From Candidatus Poribacteria bacterium (GTDB lineage: Bacteria; Poribacteria; WGA-4E; WGA-3G), in assembly GCA_965242965.1 (NCBI GenBank), contig OZ251518.1:800001-864000 (forward strand): 64,000 bases of DNA. Direction: 5' to 3'. Below the pieces are notes generated by a model. It searched no databases. It worked only from the letters and a program-made list of their open reading frames with translations, and was not told where the DNA came from. A program made the translations under genes and the position numbers. This document shows, one piece after another, positions 44,358-54,654 of the stretch. Position 1 is the first letter of the stretch. Every line of letters starts with the position of its first letter.

Positions 44358-47102
44358 TTATCCCTCCTCCAATTCGGCGAGGATTTGTTCGTGCAGGGCG
44401 CGTGTATCCACAACCGGTGGAACATAGAACCTATCTACGGCTTGCCCGCCGAGGACGGAGCACTTGCACATATCAACGTTCAATCCCAACTTTGCGAGGA
44501 TGCCGCTAAAATAGTGGAGGAATCCCAACTTTTCCTCAGCTTTGACGACAATTTCGGTGTAGCTGCGCGCCATTTCTACGCGGACATCGTCAACCCGCCA
44601 CGTGCCAGTCGGATTCACGTAGTGTCGCTCGAAAATCTGCTCCAGCGTCACTTCCTGTTCTAAAAGGCTGCGGATGTCAAAATCGAGGTTGCGTTTCAGT
44701 TCTTCGTCAAGCGGCATCGGCTCCCCGCGCAGATGCGGCGGCTGATGCACCAGTCGATAGATTTCCAATTCTACCGACGTGTCTTGTTTCGGGTAGACGC
44801 GCGCGTCGCGCACGTCAATGTTATTCGCGAAGAACAGCCCGCTCACCGTGTGTAACCTGCCGATGCGGCTTTTCCCGCACAGATGCAACTCTGTGAATCC
44901 CGGCTTATCGACAAATTGGATGATAGCCGTGCTTGCTTCCGGGCTTGCCTCCGCGCTCGCTTCCGGGCTTGCTTCTGCCTGGGCCACCATTTTCATGTGC
45001 ATCGCAATCTCTTCCGGGGCGAGACTGATGCGATAGGAGACAGGCATCTGCTGCAAGAACTGCTGGAACTCTTCCGGCGGCGCGTAACTACCCCACTGCG
45101 CCTCCTCTTGCCCGACATAACGGCTGCGGACCACTTCATACAACCGCTTCAGGTTATGCTTGACGAGATTGTTGAAGTTCTGCGGCCCGTTCGCTTTGGA
45201 ATCGCAGTAGGTGAGCAGATAGAGCGCGGACAGACGTTCTAGCGTGTTTACCTTCTGGCAAAACTCGGAGATGGTGCCTTCCTCCCACTGATGATAGCGA
45301 GCGAGGGAAATCATCGCCAGATGCTCGCGAATCAGGAAGCAGATCTCCTCTGTCTGCTGCGCGTTGAACCCGAATTCGGGTGCGATGCGTTTCGCCTTTT
45401 CCGCGCCTGTCTCCGGATGCCGCGGATCGGGTTTATCGATATCGTGCAAAAAGATTGCCATGTAAAGCGGGCCCGGGTCTGCGAGGGACTTGAAAACGGT
45501 GTTCAGTTCCTCAAGCTCACTATTCGCAGACGGTGACGCTGACGCTGGCGATGGGGTTGGCGGCATCTGACGCGCGCCACCGAACGGGCTGCTCGTCTCC
45601 GTTTGGCGGATCTCATCGAGATACCCTATCGCAACAAGCGTGTGCTTGCCGACAGTGTAAGGGTCTTGGCTCCGTTCACTGCGTGTGAGCATCGCCTGCT
45701 CAAACCGTTTTCCGCCTTCGCCGAGCCGCGCCAGAATGCCGAGCCGGTGCAGCCGCGTCAGACTCTTTTCTACATTGCCCGGTAGGTTCATCAACTCTGC
45801 CATTCGGTTGCTGAAACGTTCCAGGTCAAACGCCGAAATATAGGAGAAGATGAAACTGGACAGCGAAGCGTCTATCTCGAAATCATACTGCTGGAAGTAG
45901 GAGAACAACTCAAACAGTTCGTCGATATCCAATTCGCCGAAGTTGTTATCGATGCAGTAAAGCAGATCTCGCCGCACGCCAAGGACTTCTGAGAACGGTA
46001 TGCCGTTTGCGAGGAGCCGTCGGATCAGCAGTTCCGATTTGAAGTGCAGATACTTCGCCTTCGCGTAGTAGTCTGCCATGAACGCGTAACGGCATTCTTC
46101 GGGGGGTTCGTCAGTTTCAGAGACAGATTCGCCTGCGTATCCCAATGCGGCGGCGACGCGCGTCTGCATTCTGTCGCCGGTTTCGGGTTCGTAAGACAGG
46201 AGATCATGCTCATCATTGGCGAAAACGTGGAGGAGGTTCCGCACTTTCAGGACGAAATCGAGCGCAGGCTCCAGTTCGTCATCGTGAAAGCGTTTATAGA
46301 GGTCGATGCTCGGTGTGAACCCGGCGAGTCCGTACATCCAAAACGCGTACTGAAGCGTGCGCAACCCGCCGCGTCCTGTCTTGATGTTCGGCTGGTTCAT
46401 GTAAATCGTGTCCTCGGCTGCCACGGACGCGCTATCCCGCGATTTCAACAGATCCAGGACAAGCGAAATATCGCATTTTTCGTCCTGCACTGTTTTCTTG
46501 AACCGGTCGGTGAGGACAGCATCCCCTGCGATGAACCGCATGTCGATGAGTGCCGTCATGTCCTGATAGTTCCACTGCTGGATTTCGCCCAGGGGCCGGT
46601 AGATGAAACTGAATTCAAAACCGGGTATGACGGCGTGGAGGCTATCAAAGAAATCGTAGAACCATCGGATGAGTTCTAGCGTTCGTTCGTCGTAGACTTC
46701 CTCGAGATCTACGGCGGAAGTGTAGATAACGTCCAGATCGGAATAGTAGCAGAGTTCCTGCCGTCCGTAGCTGCCGACGGCATACAGGGCGATATCGGGT
46801 GTCCAGGGCCCTGTCAGATCCGACAGCAGTTCGGCTATCTCGCTATCGCCAAGTTTGGCGAGCTCTTCGATCTGGTTGGCGAACTCGGTCTGGATTTGGT
46901 AATGCGCGACGTTGTAAACTTTCTGGAGGACCGCGTCCCACATTTGCGTATGCTGGTTGCACGCGGCGAGCCCGCTTTCACCTTTGAGGATGCAGGTTTT
47001 GAGCTGCTCCCGTTCGGTTTGAATGAAAGCGGTAAGTTGCTTTTGCAACTCGTCAAAAGGGACGTTCAAATCGGGAACGTATGAATTAATTCGATTTTCC
47101 AT
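44358..47102 (-). CDS. glnD: GlnD-like bifunctional PII uridylyltransferase/uridylyl-removing enzyme
   Basis: NTase AVGSYGR.EL..SDLD; PNIKTG.GGLR; YTVGKH; HD motif LHDIDK; C-terminal ACT-like domains. Confidence 0.82.
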   Translation of the reverse strand: MENRINSYVPDLNVPFDELQKQLTAFIQTEREQLKTCILKGESGLAACNQHTQMWDAVLQKVYNVAHYQIQTEFANQIEELAKLGDSEIAELLSDLTGPWTPDIALYAVGSYGRQELCYYSDLDVIYTSAVDLEEVYDERTLELIRWFYDFFDSLHAVIPGFEFSFIYRPLGEIQQWNYQDMTALIDMRFIAGDAVLTDRFKKTVQDEKCDISLVLDLLKSRDSASVAAEDTIYMNQPNIKTGRGGLRTLQYAFWMYGLAGFTPSIDLYKRFHDDELEPALDFVLKVRNLLHVFANDEHDLLSYEPETGDRMQTRVAAALGYAGESVSETDEPPEECRYAFMADYYAKAKYLHFKSELLIRRLLANGIPFSEVLGVRRDLLYCIDNNFGELDIDELFELFSYFQQYDFEIDASLSSFIFSYISAFDLERFSNRMAELMNLPGNVEKSLTRLHRLGILARLGEGGKRFEQAMLTRSERSQDPYTVGKHTLVAIGYLDEIRQTETSSPFGGARQMPPTPSPASASPSANSELEELNTVFKSLADPGPLYMAIFLHDIDKPDPRHPETGAEKAKRIAPEFGFNAQQTEEICFLIREHLAMISLARYHQWEEGTISEFCQKVNTLERLSALYLLTYCDSKANGPQNFNNLVKHNLKRLYEVVRSRYVGQEEAQWGSYAPPEEFQQFLQQMPVSYRISLAPEEIAMHMKMVAQAEASPEASAEASPEASTAIIQFVDKPGFTELHLCGKSRIGRLHTVSGLFFANNIDVRDARVYPKQDTSVELEIYRLVHQPPHLRGEPMPLDEELKRNLDFDIRSLLEQEVTLEQIFERHYVNPTGTWRVDDVRVEMARSYTEIVVKAEEKLGFLHYFSGILAKLGLNVDMCKCSVLGGQAVDRFYVPPVVDTRALHEQILAELEEG

Positions 47103-47315
47103 TTTCTCCTACTCGGCGTTAATGTCTCGGAACGGATTTGGTGTTTCGTGCTTGCGATTCACGTGATATATTATACCGCAAATGCATAAAAAAATCAAGT
47201 TTTTTATTTATGAGAGCCGCGGCATTTCGTTTTTTGCTTTCGCTACACGTGATCTCAAGCAATAGAGGTTCATTTGGTATTATACAATTTCGCGTTAGAA
47301 TGTGCAAGAAAAAAA

Positions 47316-48270
47316 GCGCGGGGGATAGGTTTCCCCCGCGCGATGGATTCAGCACGGCTTATTTTTTCGTAGGGCGAGGGCCTGTCCCTCGCCATGCAGC
47401 GATCGCGAGGGAAACCCGCTCGGAGCCTGAAACGATCGCGGGGGACAGGCCCCCGCGCTACGGTAGCCGGAAACGGCCCGTTTTATCGTAGGGCGAGGGC
47501 CTGTCCCTCGCCATGCACCGATCGCGGAGGAAATCCGCTTGGAGCCTGAAACGATCGCGGGGGAAACCCGCTCGGATGCGCGTGTGGCATCCGAGGGCCC
47601 CCGCGCTACGGTATCCTGAGCGTCCCGTTTTATCGTAGGGCGAGGGACAGGCCCTCGCCATGCAACGATCGCGAGGGAAACCCGCTGCGGAGCCTGAAAC
47701 GATCGCGGGGGACAGGCCCCCGCGCTACGGTATCCGGAACGGCCCGTTCTACCGTAGGGCGAGGGCCTGTCCCTCGCCATGCTGCGGTCTACCAGACGAT
47801 AGCGGGGGACAGGCCCCCGCACTACAGGCGAAAAAAAAGCGCGAAGGACAGGCCTCCGCCCTACGCGGAAAATAACGTCTCTCGTTCTCTTAAGGTCTGT
47901 AAGACCTTAATGTCTATAGCAGCCCAAACGCAAAAGGCCTTAAGGTCCTTTAGGTCCTTAATAGAGTTTGCCAGGGCCGCGCGTGTTTTTATTAAGGACC
48001 TAAAGGACCTTGAAAAGGGAACGACACGTTTTTCTATAGACATTAAGGACCTAAAGGACCTAAAGACATCACTTGACAATGGACGATCGCGGGGGATAGG
48101 CCCACGCGCTACGGTAAGACGGGCCTACTCCTGTAGGTCAAGAGCACCTGCTCTTGACCCGATTGCGATCAGGCGATCGCAAACTACAGAGGAGGAACGC
48201 GAGGGACAGGCCCTCGCCCTACGGACCAGGAAGAAAAAATGCGCGGGGGCCTGTCCCCCGCGCTACGGTG
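47316..48270. repeat. Large mosaic of REP palindromes plus an AAGGACCTAAAGGACCT-type repeat family
   Basis: More than 10 gcgagggcctgtccctcgc/cgcgggggacaggcccccgcg units; 47890-48065 is bounded by the inverted ttaatgtctatag/ctatagacattaa. Confidence 0.85.
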
Positions 48271-48280
48271 ATCGGAACGG

Positions 48281-51200
48281 CTATTTTCGCCGTTTCAACG
48301 CACCGAACGTCGTCAGCATCCGATTTGCCGCAGAAACAGGACCCGGCAACAACCGCGTCACTAACGTCTCCGGCTTACCATCAAACGCAACTTCCTCAAT
48401 CTGGTAGTAATACTCAATCCCCGGCTTCGCAGACGTATCCGTAAACGTATACGTTTGACGCTCACCTGTCGTGCCGGCACCGGCGATGAGCGCAGGATTC
48501 AAGAGCGTGAAACCGCTCGCGCGCTTTTCACTGCGACGCAGGTTGAAGCCCGCGTTGTCGACTTCAGATTCGGTTGTCCATGTCAAGACGACAGCACCTG
48601 CCTCGGTGCGCGTCAGCGAGAAACTCGATAACTCCACCGGCAATGCACCGCCTTCACGATGCCCCGGCGTGCCGATGTCTTCGGCATCACCCCAGTAGAG
48701 CGCATCGCTGCTAGAGACAACTTTCTTGACACGCGCCGCCAAAACCCAACTCGCACGCTTTTGTCCCGGCAGCGCAACACCTTTATCATAACGCCGAATG
48801 ACAGAACTCCGCGAACCTTCCTCAAAACTCAACGGTAATGCCCATGCAGGCGCATCGTCCGAACGCCTGTCGCTGTCCCTATTCCCGACTTCGTCAACAA
48901 GATTCCCGTTCCTATCGGAGAGTTGCAGGTAGAATCCCTCGGTACTTAGGAACGTATCCCGCGCCCGCTTGATGCGCAGATTCTTCTCATGCAGTGCGAG
49001 CAGGTCATAAACCCTGTCCGCCGGCAGATACGAATCCGACGAGGCACGCGCCGGACCTGCGACGATGAGCAACGTTTGATTCGGCTGAATCACTTTCTCG
49101 CTGAGCGTCAACGTGACAATCGGGCGGCCGACTAAATCCTCGGAATCCACATTCTGAATCTCCAACCTCCAGCGGTTGAGATTAATGGCATCCGTTTTGG
49201 AATTGTTGTAGAGTTCGATCCACTGCGGCAGTGTGCGCCCGCCGGAATCCACCATGATTTCGCTGAAGGTGACGCTGCCTTTCGGCGTGGCGGCTTCCGT
49301 TTTCACTGCACCATTCGGATAGCCCGGTGTGCCGGCAGTGGCAGCCGACTCCGAGACCTTCCTATCATAACCGATACCGGTGAATGCCGATTCTGCCCAG
49401 GCATCCCTGTGGTATCCCACAATGTCCGCCTTGGCGCGCTGCCAGACTTTGCCTGAGCCGAGTGCATCTTCGGTGTCACCACCGGGTGCCTGCAGCACTT
49501 GCAAGGGCCAGACATGCGTATCATAATCGCCTGTCTGTTCACGGACAAACGCATCCGTGTCACTGCCGCCACCACCAGCGACATCCACGAACGCCTCGTT
49601 CAAGCCGCGTTTATCCTTCGCGTTCCGGAGAATTAACAGGAATTTTCCATCATCTGGCAGGGACAACTCCGATTTGACAAAATATAGGTGCGAAGAACCT
49701 TTTGTCTCGACCTCGGCAGTCGCCACGTTATCACCGCCTGCAAGCGCGTTGCCTTCCGCTGTCGGATCGCTGTTGGTAATCAACAACAGCCCATTCGCCG
49801 GCACACTCACATCTTCTACGAAAGCAATCAGGGAAGTATCTTCCTTCTTGCCATCCTGCACGACGCTGAGCTCCCAGTCTTTCAAGGAAACAGCCGCGCC
49901 GGTGACATTGCGAAGTTCCAGCCAATCATCAGCATCGCCGCTACCGTTGCCGAGTTCGTTGAAGACAACGGGACTGCGCGGCACATCAGAGGTCGGCGAC
50001 TTCGGATCTGACGTTTCCGGAAGGTAAATCACCGGCACCACCGGTGTCTCCGAAACTACCGGGGCAATCTCACGGCCAGACGTATCTTCCAAAGGCAATG
50101 GATCTGCCACCGGCACCGTTGTTGGCGCAGCACCAGACTCCGCCGCAGCCTCCTCTGTCCCAACCTGCCGCTCAGACGGTGCAGTCAGTGGCCCAGAAAG
50201 CAACATCGTCTTGTCCGGCACGAGTATCTTGACAGAGGGGACACGCACTGCCTCCGCCACCGTGTCCGTTGGTGCCACCGTATACGCGAACGTCACTTTC
50301 GTCGAATTCGTGTCTTCTGAGGCACTCCAGACAGCATGCCGAGCATTTGCCTGCACCTCTTCACCCAGATACACCGTCACATACGGCGGGTTCTCCCCTT
50401 CATAGCGGAGATTCTCCCTGTCATATGTCACTTCAACTTCAATCTTATCCCCAGCGGTATAGGCACCGGCGGGAGGCGCGACAATCTCCGGCTTTTCCAC
50501 CACGCGCAACGGATTATCCACTGACACCGTCAACGTATTCGATGCGAGATTTTTGTTGCGAGCGATGTCCATCGTGACCTCCGCAGGCACCTGGATAGCC
50601 ACATCTCCCTTAAAAGCAAGCGGCGGCGCGAGGGTGACACGGTAGACTTTGCTTTGCGGATGGCCCACTCCGAAACGCGGCACCCTCGTTATCGGCACAT
50701 AACTATACCCGATAAACTCTGGGGTTGATACCGTCCACCCCTCCAAGACATTCCCGGAGGCATCGGTGAAACGGAGAGCATCGGCATCAATGTCCGCCAC
50801 TTCATCGGCGATATCCACCGTCCGGTCCGGTGCACCATCCGAGTCTGGAGCAGACATGACATTGTAAAACTTGATGTCCACCGTGAAAGGCCCCGTCACG
50901 TCTGTCCCCTCATCAACTTTCGTCAGTGCCACCGACGGCCGGATGCCATCCACTTGGTGCTCAAGTCCCCCTTGCCAATTCTTCTTCGTATGCGAGGCAT
51001 AGTTACGAAAACTGTCTGCTCCCGGCTTACCCCTTGAATTCGTGTTAAGCTGCGTAAAGGGGTTACCGCTCAAGTCTTGGATTGCATAGGTAGTTTCGTG
51101 ATGCTGAATGTGATTTTCACCCGGAGCCGCCGGATGCTGAGTATGACCCGGCCCCCCGAACGGATCGTTCGGGTCTTCGCTGCGTGTGGCAAAGGGCCAA

Positions 51201-52438
51201 AAGGTGCTAATGCCGCTACTGAAAGCACCGTCACCCTCCTGCACGGTGTAACCGAAGTATAACTTGTTGTCAGCATCACTCCTCGTGCCACGGCTGAGAC
51301 TTGCAAGTCGCGCCTGCCCGCTGAAAGTCAGGATCATGACAACATCAGGATGGGCTTCAACAGGTCTCGTAAACTCCACCGAAACCTCAAGCGTATCCCC
51401 TATCCCGTAGAAACGGGTGGATTTCGGGGACAGGTCGTCAACCGTAGGTCCCCGAGCGAGCCCATCGGCATCAAGACATGCCGCCACCGGCATCGGATCA
51501 CCGTGCATGTATTGCTGCAACCAAGCAGTTGTAGGGCTCCCTCTATAAGTCGTCAGGTCTACCCCAGTGCAGACTTCGTGAACCGCGGCGGCGAGACTGG
51601 GGCCTTTATGCGGTGCTTCGCTAACCAACTCATACGGGCTTGTCAGCATGACAGAGTCTGAATTAGCGGCTGGATCCACATCTGGACCCGGCGGCGAAGA
51701 ACCTTCCGGCCCGAATGTTGCATCAACGATCGTCGGGCTAACGGCATATATCCTGGGATAGTAGATAGTGCCGGTATAAGTTGCGCTTGTCGCTCCAACC
51801 CACCGTTGGAAAGGCTTGTCACCACCACGCAGATGCAACCAACTGCCATCCTCGTCCGTGTCGCCTGACTTCACGCGGTAGGCGTATACCACAGTAAAGG
51901 AGTAGGGTGTTCCTGGGGGTATATTCACCTTCACATTCCGACTTGCTTCTATGAAGCGGCTCGGGGACAAGATCTTTGTATATGTGGTACTTGTCCATGA
52001 CTCATACACTGTCCTGTGCGGGCCGCCAGTATCCCAACCACTGAGAGATATAACTGAACCGTGCCTGACATCAGGACCGTTCCTGGTTACCTTAAAGGCA
52101 ATCGCGATAATGTCACCAGCCTTCGCAGTATAGGGATCTGCGCCACCGTGCGCCTTAGCTTCGGTGATTTCAACACCACCGTCATCAATGCTCAGCGTCC
52201 CTTCAGAGAACTCGTCAACCTCCGGCAGCATGTCGCTACCGTTAATGACAATGGGAGTCTTCCGCGCGCCGTCAAACTCCTCTGGCATGCCATCCTCACT
52301 AGGGGGCACCATGTCAGGGTTCACATAAATTCTAACATTATTAATGGTGTAACTTGCCTGCGCGTCGGTTCCCGTTCCGAGGGAAACCACCAGGGTGACG
52401 ATGAGCAAGCAACCTAAGCAACAAAACGTTTTCATCAA
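48281..52438 (-). CDS. Large secreted protein with Ig-like and two lamin-tail-like domains and a C-terminal sorting-type motif
   Basis: Signal peptide; repeated F.YTV..GD Ig-like segments; VVFNE..DWLELRN and VTFSEIM..QWIELYN (lamin tail); LPVELSSF..WTTESEVDNAGFN; ends LTTFGALKRRK. Confidence 0.8.
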   Translation of the reverse strand: MMKTFCCLGCLLIVTLVVSLGTGTDAQASYTINNVRIYVNPDMVPPSEDGMPEEFDGARKTPIVINGSDMLPEVDEFSEGTLSIDDGGVEITEAKAHGGADPYTAKAGDIIAIAFKVTRNGPDVRHGSVISLSGWDTGGPHRTVYESWTSTTYTKILSPSRFIEASRNVKVNIPPGTPYSFTVVYAYRVKSGDTDEDGSWLHLRGGDKPFQRWVGATSATYTGTIYYPRIYAVSPTIVDATFGPEGSSPPGPDVDPAANSDSVMLTSPYELVSEAPHKGPSLAAAVHEVCTGVDLTTYRGSPTTAWLQQYMHGDPMPVAACLDADGLARGPTVDDLSPKSTRFYGIGDTLEVSVEFTRPVEAHPDVVMILTFSGQARLASLSRGTRSDADNKLYFGYTVQEGDGAFSSGISTFWPFATRSEDPNDPFGGPGHTQHPAAPGENHIQHHETTYAIQDLSGNPFTQLNTNSRGKPGADSFRNYASHTKKNWQGGLEHQVDGIRPSVALTKVDEGTDVTGPFTVDIKFYNVMSAPDSDGAPDRTVDIADEVADIDADALRFTDASGNVLEGWTVSTPEFIGYSYVPITRVPRFGVGHPQSKVYRVTLAPPLAFKGDVAIQVPAEVTMDIARNKNLASNTLTVSVDNPLRVVEKPEIVAPPAGAYTAGDKIEVEVTYDRENLRYEGENPPYVTVYLGEEVQANARHAVWSASEDTNSTKVTFAYTVAPTDTVAEAVRVPSVKILVPDKTMLLSGPLTAPSERQVGTEEAAAESGAAPTTVPVADPLPLEDTSGREIAPVVSETPVVPVIYLPETSDPKSPTSDVPRSPVVFNELGNGSGDADDWLELRNVTGAAVSLKDWELSVVQDGKKEDTSLIAFVEDVSVPANGLLLITNSDPTAEGNALAGGDNVATAEVETKGSSHLYFVKSELSLPDDGKFLLILRNAKDKRGLNEAFVDVAGGGGSDTDAFVREQTGDYDTHVWPLQVLQAPGGDTEDALGSGKVWQRAKADIVGYHRDAWAESAFTGIGYDRKVSESAATAGTPGYPNGAVKTEAATPKGSVTFSEIMVDSGGRTLPQWIELYNNSKTDAINLNRWRLEIQNVDSEDLVGRPIVTLTLSEKVIQPNQTLLIVAGPARASSDSYLPADRVYDLLALHEKNLRIKRARDTFLSTEGFYLQLSDRNGNLVDEVGNRDSDRRSDDAPAWALPLSFEEGSRSSVIRRYDKGVALPGQKRASWVLAARVKKVVSSSDALYWGDAEDIGTPGHREGGALPVELSSFSLTRTEAGAVVLTWTTESEVDNAGFNLRRSEKRASGFTLLNPALIAGAGTTGERQTYTFTDTSAKPGIEYYYQIEEVAFDGKPETLVTRLLPGPVSAANRMLTTFGALKRRK

Positions 52439-52497
52439 ATTTTCTCCTTAAAGGTTTGATTCCTCTCCTGTTAGGAGAGAGCAGCGTGTTCTAGGAG

Positions 52498-52538
52498 AAA
52501 AACAGGGTAACCGTGGGCGGGCGCCCACGGTTATCCTG
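52498..52538 (-). terminator. Intrinsic terminator inside the 5' leader of the large secreted protein
   Basis: 16-bp stem caggataaccgtgggc/gcccacggttaccctg (one mismatch) followed by TTTTT on the minus strand. Confidence 0.65.
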
Positions 52539-53010
52539 CCCCTTAATACCCAAAGTGGGGATTGAATTTTCCCCGGAACAACGCTGGTAGATTTCGGCGT
52601 TGCAGTGGAAAGTGCAACGCGAAAAGCCCCGTGGCAGGCGCGTTTTCGCGAGAGCGTGCGCGTGCCAAGAGGCGATATGAAAAATGGCGCGCTTTGCAAG
52701 CGCGTCCGTTTTCGTCATGTTGGAATTGTCTGTAGGGATACTCCCCCGAATCGGCTTCCTGCGGAGAACGCAAGTGGTTAACAGCCGTATATGAAGGGGG
52801 GGGTAAATCGGAATTATGTTTAGTGTGGGAGTGTCCAGAGGCGGCGCGAACGTGAACAGCGCGTAGCCTGGGCGGCTGGCGCGTCGCTGCAATGGCGTTA
52901 TTCGGGCGGATGTGCGTATCCGCGATGAGAAGAACGGGTTGAGTGTTCACGTTTGGCATCCTATGTTTCGTTTCCGCGCTAAACATGTCAATTTTCACTA
53001 TATGTTATAT

Positions 53011-53039
53011 AGTATACCACATTTTTCTGCGTTTGTCAA
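53011..53039 (-). promoter_or_regulatory. Sigma70-type promoter TTGACA-17-TATACT (minus strand)
   Basis: tgtcaa 53034-53039 and agtata 53011-53016, about 570 nt upstream of the ATG at 52438. Confidence 0.65.
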
Positions 53040-53157
53040 ATTAAAATGCGATTAAAATGTGATTTTAGCAGATTTTTGCGTTTTTTTCAAGACTTTTTTG
53101 AAAAAAACGCGTTGCGCGCGGAAAAAATCGCGTTGCGCGCGGGAAAAATTTTGTTTT

Positions 53158-53515
53158 CACCGTAGCGCGCGGGCCTGTCCCGCGCGTTTTTCGGATTCCC
53201 GTAGCGTTTTCCCGTTACCGTAGCGCGAGGGCCTGTCCCTCGCGTGCAGCAAACCACGCTCCGATCACCGTAGCGCGAGGGCCTGTCCCTCGCGATCTCT
53301 CGGTGGAACACAAAACGCCCCGTTTTACCGTAGCGCGAGGGCCTGTCCCTCGCGAATGTTCCGCGCGTCCCGGGCATGGCGGGGGACAGGCCCCCGCCCT
53401 ACGGTTAAAAGGAGCCTCCTCCTTCTGTAGTTCAAGAGCACCTGCTCTTGACCTGATGGCGATCAGGCGATCGCAAACTACAGAGGGGGAACGCGAGGGA
53501 CAGACCCTCGCGAAC
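53158..53515. repeat. REP cluster
   Basis: Several gtagcgcgagggcctgtccctcgcg units; partly duplicated at 54180-54555. Confidence 0.85.
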
Positions 53516-53633
53516 GTTCGCAAACGACAGAAATACGAAAATTCAATTGGCCTATCAAAACGCGATTTCGGTTTGCATTTTGTTTCAAAAAGGTGTATAC
53601 TATACCTAAAACTTTCATGAGGAGGCACAAGAT

Positions 53634-54152
53634 ATGAAATACTGCACCCTTTTTGTGGTTGGGGTTTTGCTCTTAAGTTTCACTGCGTTCGGCGAGCTAA
53701 GCGTCAAAGACCTCGAGAAATTCCACGGGATGTTCAAAGAATCGGAGGCGCGGATGCAGGAATTCATGAAGGAGTCCGAAGAACGGACGAAGGAATACGT
53801 ATCGCAAGAAATCGCGCTGGTTAATCTCCGCATTGACGAGACGAACAAGCGGATAGAGAACGAATCTAAAGCGGCAAACATCCGACACGATTCGGTAAAC
53901 AACCGGTTTAGCGATGTGAACCGTTTCTTGAGTTTCATCTTTGGTTTGCTGGCGGCGTTGATTGTTGCTGTCATCGGCATGCCGTTATGGGAGCGGAAAA
54001 AGGCGCGTGAACAAGACGAGCAATTGAAAGCGCAACAACGGCAACTTGAGGCGCAACAACAGCAAATTGAGGCACAGCAGCGGCAACTTGAGGCGCAACA
54101 AGTTGAACTCAACGCGATGCGAGAGGCATTGGCAGCTCTGGAGCAGCGTTGA
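53634..54152 (+). CDS. Signal peptide, coiled-coil, TM and heptad-repeat tail hypothetical protein
   Basis: GAGGAGG RBS; AQQRQLE heptads encoded by 21-nt repeats; paralog at 58260..58622. Confidence 0.75.
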   Translation: MKYCTLFVVGVLLLSFTAFGELSVKDLEKFHGMFKESEARMQEFMKESEERTKEYVSQEIALVNLRIDETNKRIENESKAANIRHDSVNNRFSDVNRFLSFIFGLLAALIVAVIGMPLWERKKAREQDEQLKAQQRQLEAQQQQIEAQQRQLEAQQVELNAMREALAALEQR

Positions 54153-54179
54153 GGCGTGCAGCAAACCATGCCGCGACAA

Positions 54180-54555
54180 CCGTAGCGCGAGGGCCTGTCC
54201 CTCGCGAACGCTCGATCTCCGTAACGTTTTCGCGATTCCCGTAGCGCGAGGGCCTGTCCCTCGCGAGTGTTCCGCACGTCCCTGGCATGGCGGGGGACAG
54301 GCCCCCGCCCTACGATTAAGAGGAGCCTGCTCCGTCTGTAGTTCAAGAGCGCCTGCTCTTGACCCGATGGCGATCAGGCGATCGCAAACTACAGAGGGGC
54401 GCGCGGTTTGTCCCGCGCGTGCGGCAAACCACGCCCCTTCACCGTAGCGCGAGGGCCTGTCCCTCGCGATCGCTCGATTACCGTAGACGGGAAGAAATCG
54501 AGACCAGGAGGTCTCTCCTACCCTATTGCATCGAGACCAGGAGGTCTCTCCTACC
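54180..54555. repeat. REP cluster
   Basis: Same unit composition as 53158-53515, plus tandem atcgagaccaggaggtctctcctac. Confidence 0.85.
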
Positions 54556-54585
54556 AAGAAGCCATTGATAACAAAAAATATATTG

Positions 54586-54614
54586 TTGACAAACACCTCA
54601 CAATTTGCTATAAT
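54586..54614 (+). promoter_or_regulatory. Sigma70 promoter TTGACA-17-TATAAT
   Basis: Perfect consensus 40 nt upstream of the DUF547 gene. Confidence 0.75.
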
Positions 54615-54654
54615 AAAATTGCTTAATTTCCAGAAGGCATAAGGAACGCATCAA

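Noticed and set aside
47316-47830. Possible CRISPR or integron attC array
   Set aside because: Irregular spacing, mixed orientations and repeated intervening sequence; no integron integrase or cas gene; the units are the dispersed REP.
53087-54626. Multiple short ORFs containing ARGPVPR / RSARACP / GTGPR peptides (also at 2421, 5391, 9384, 17840, 22709, 40070, 47349, 58676)
   Set aside because: These are translations of intergenic REP clusters with no RBS or domain support.
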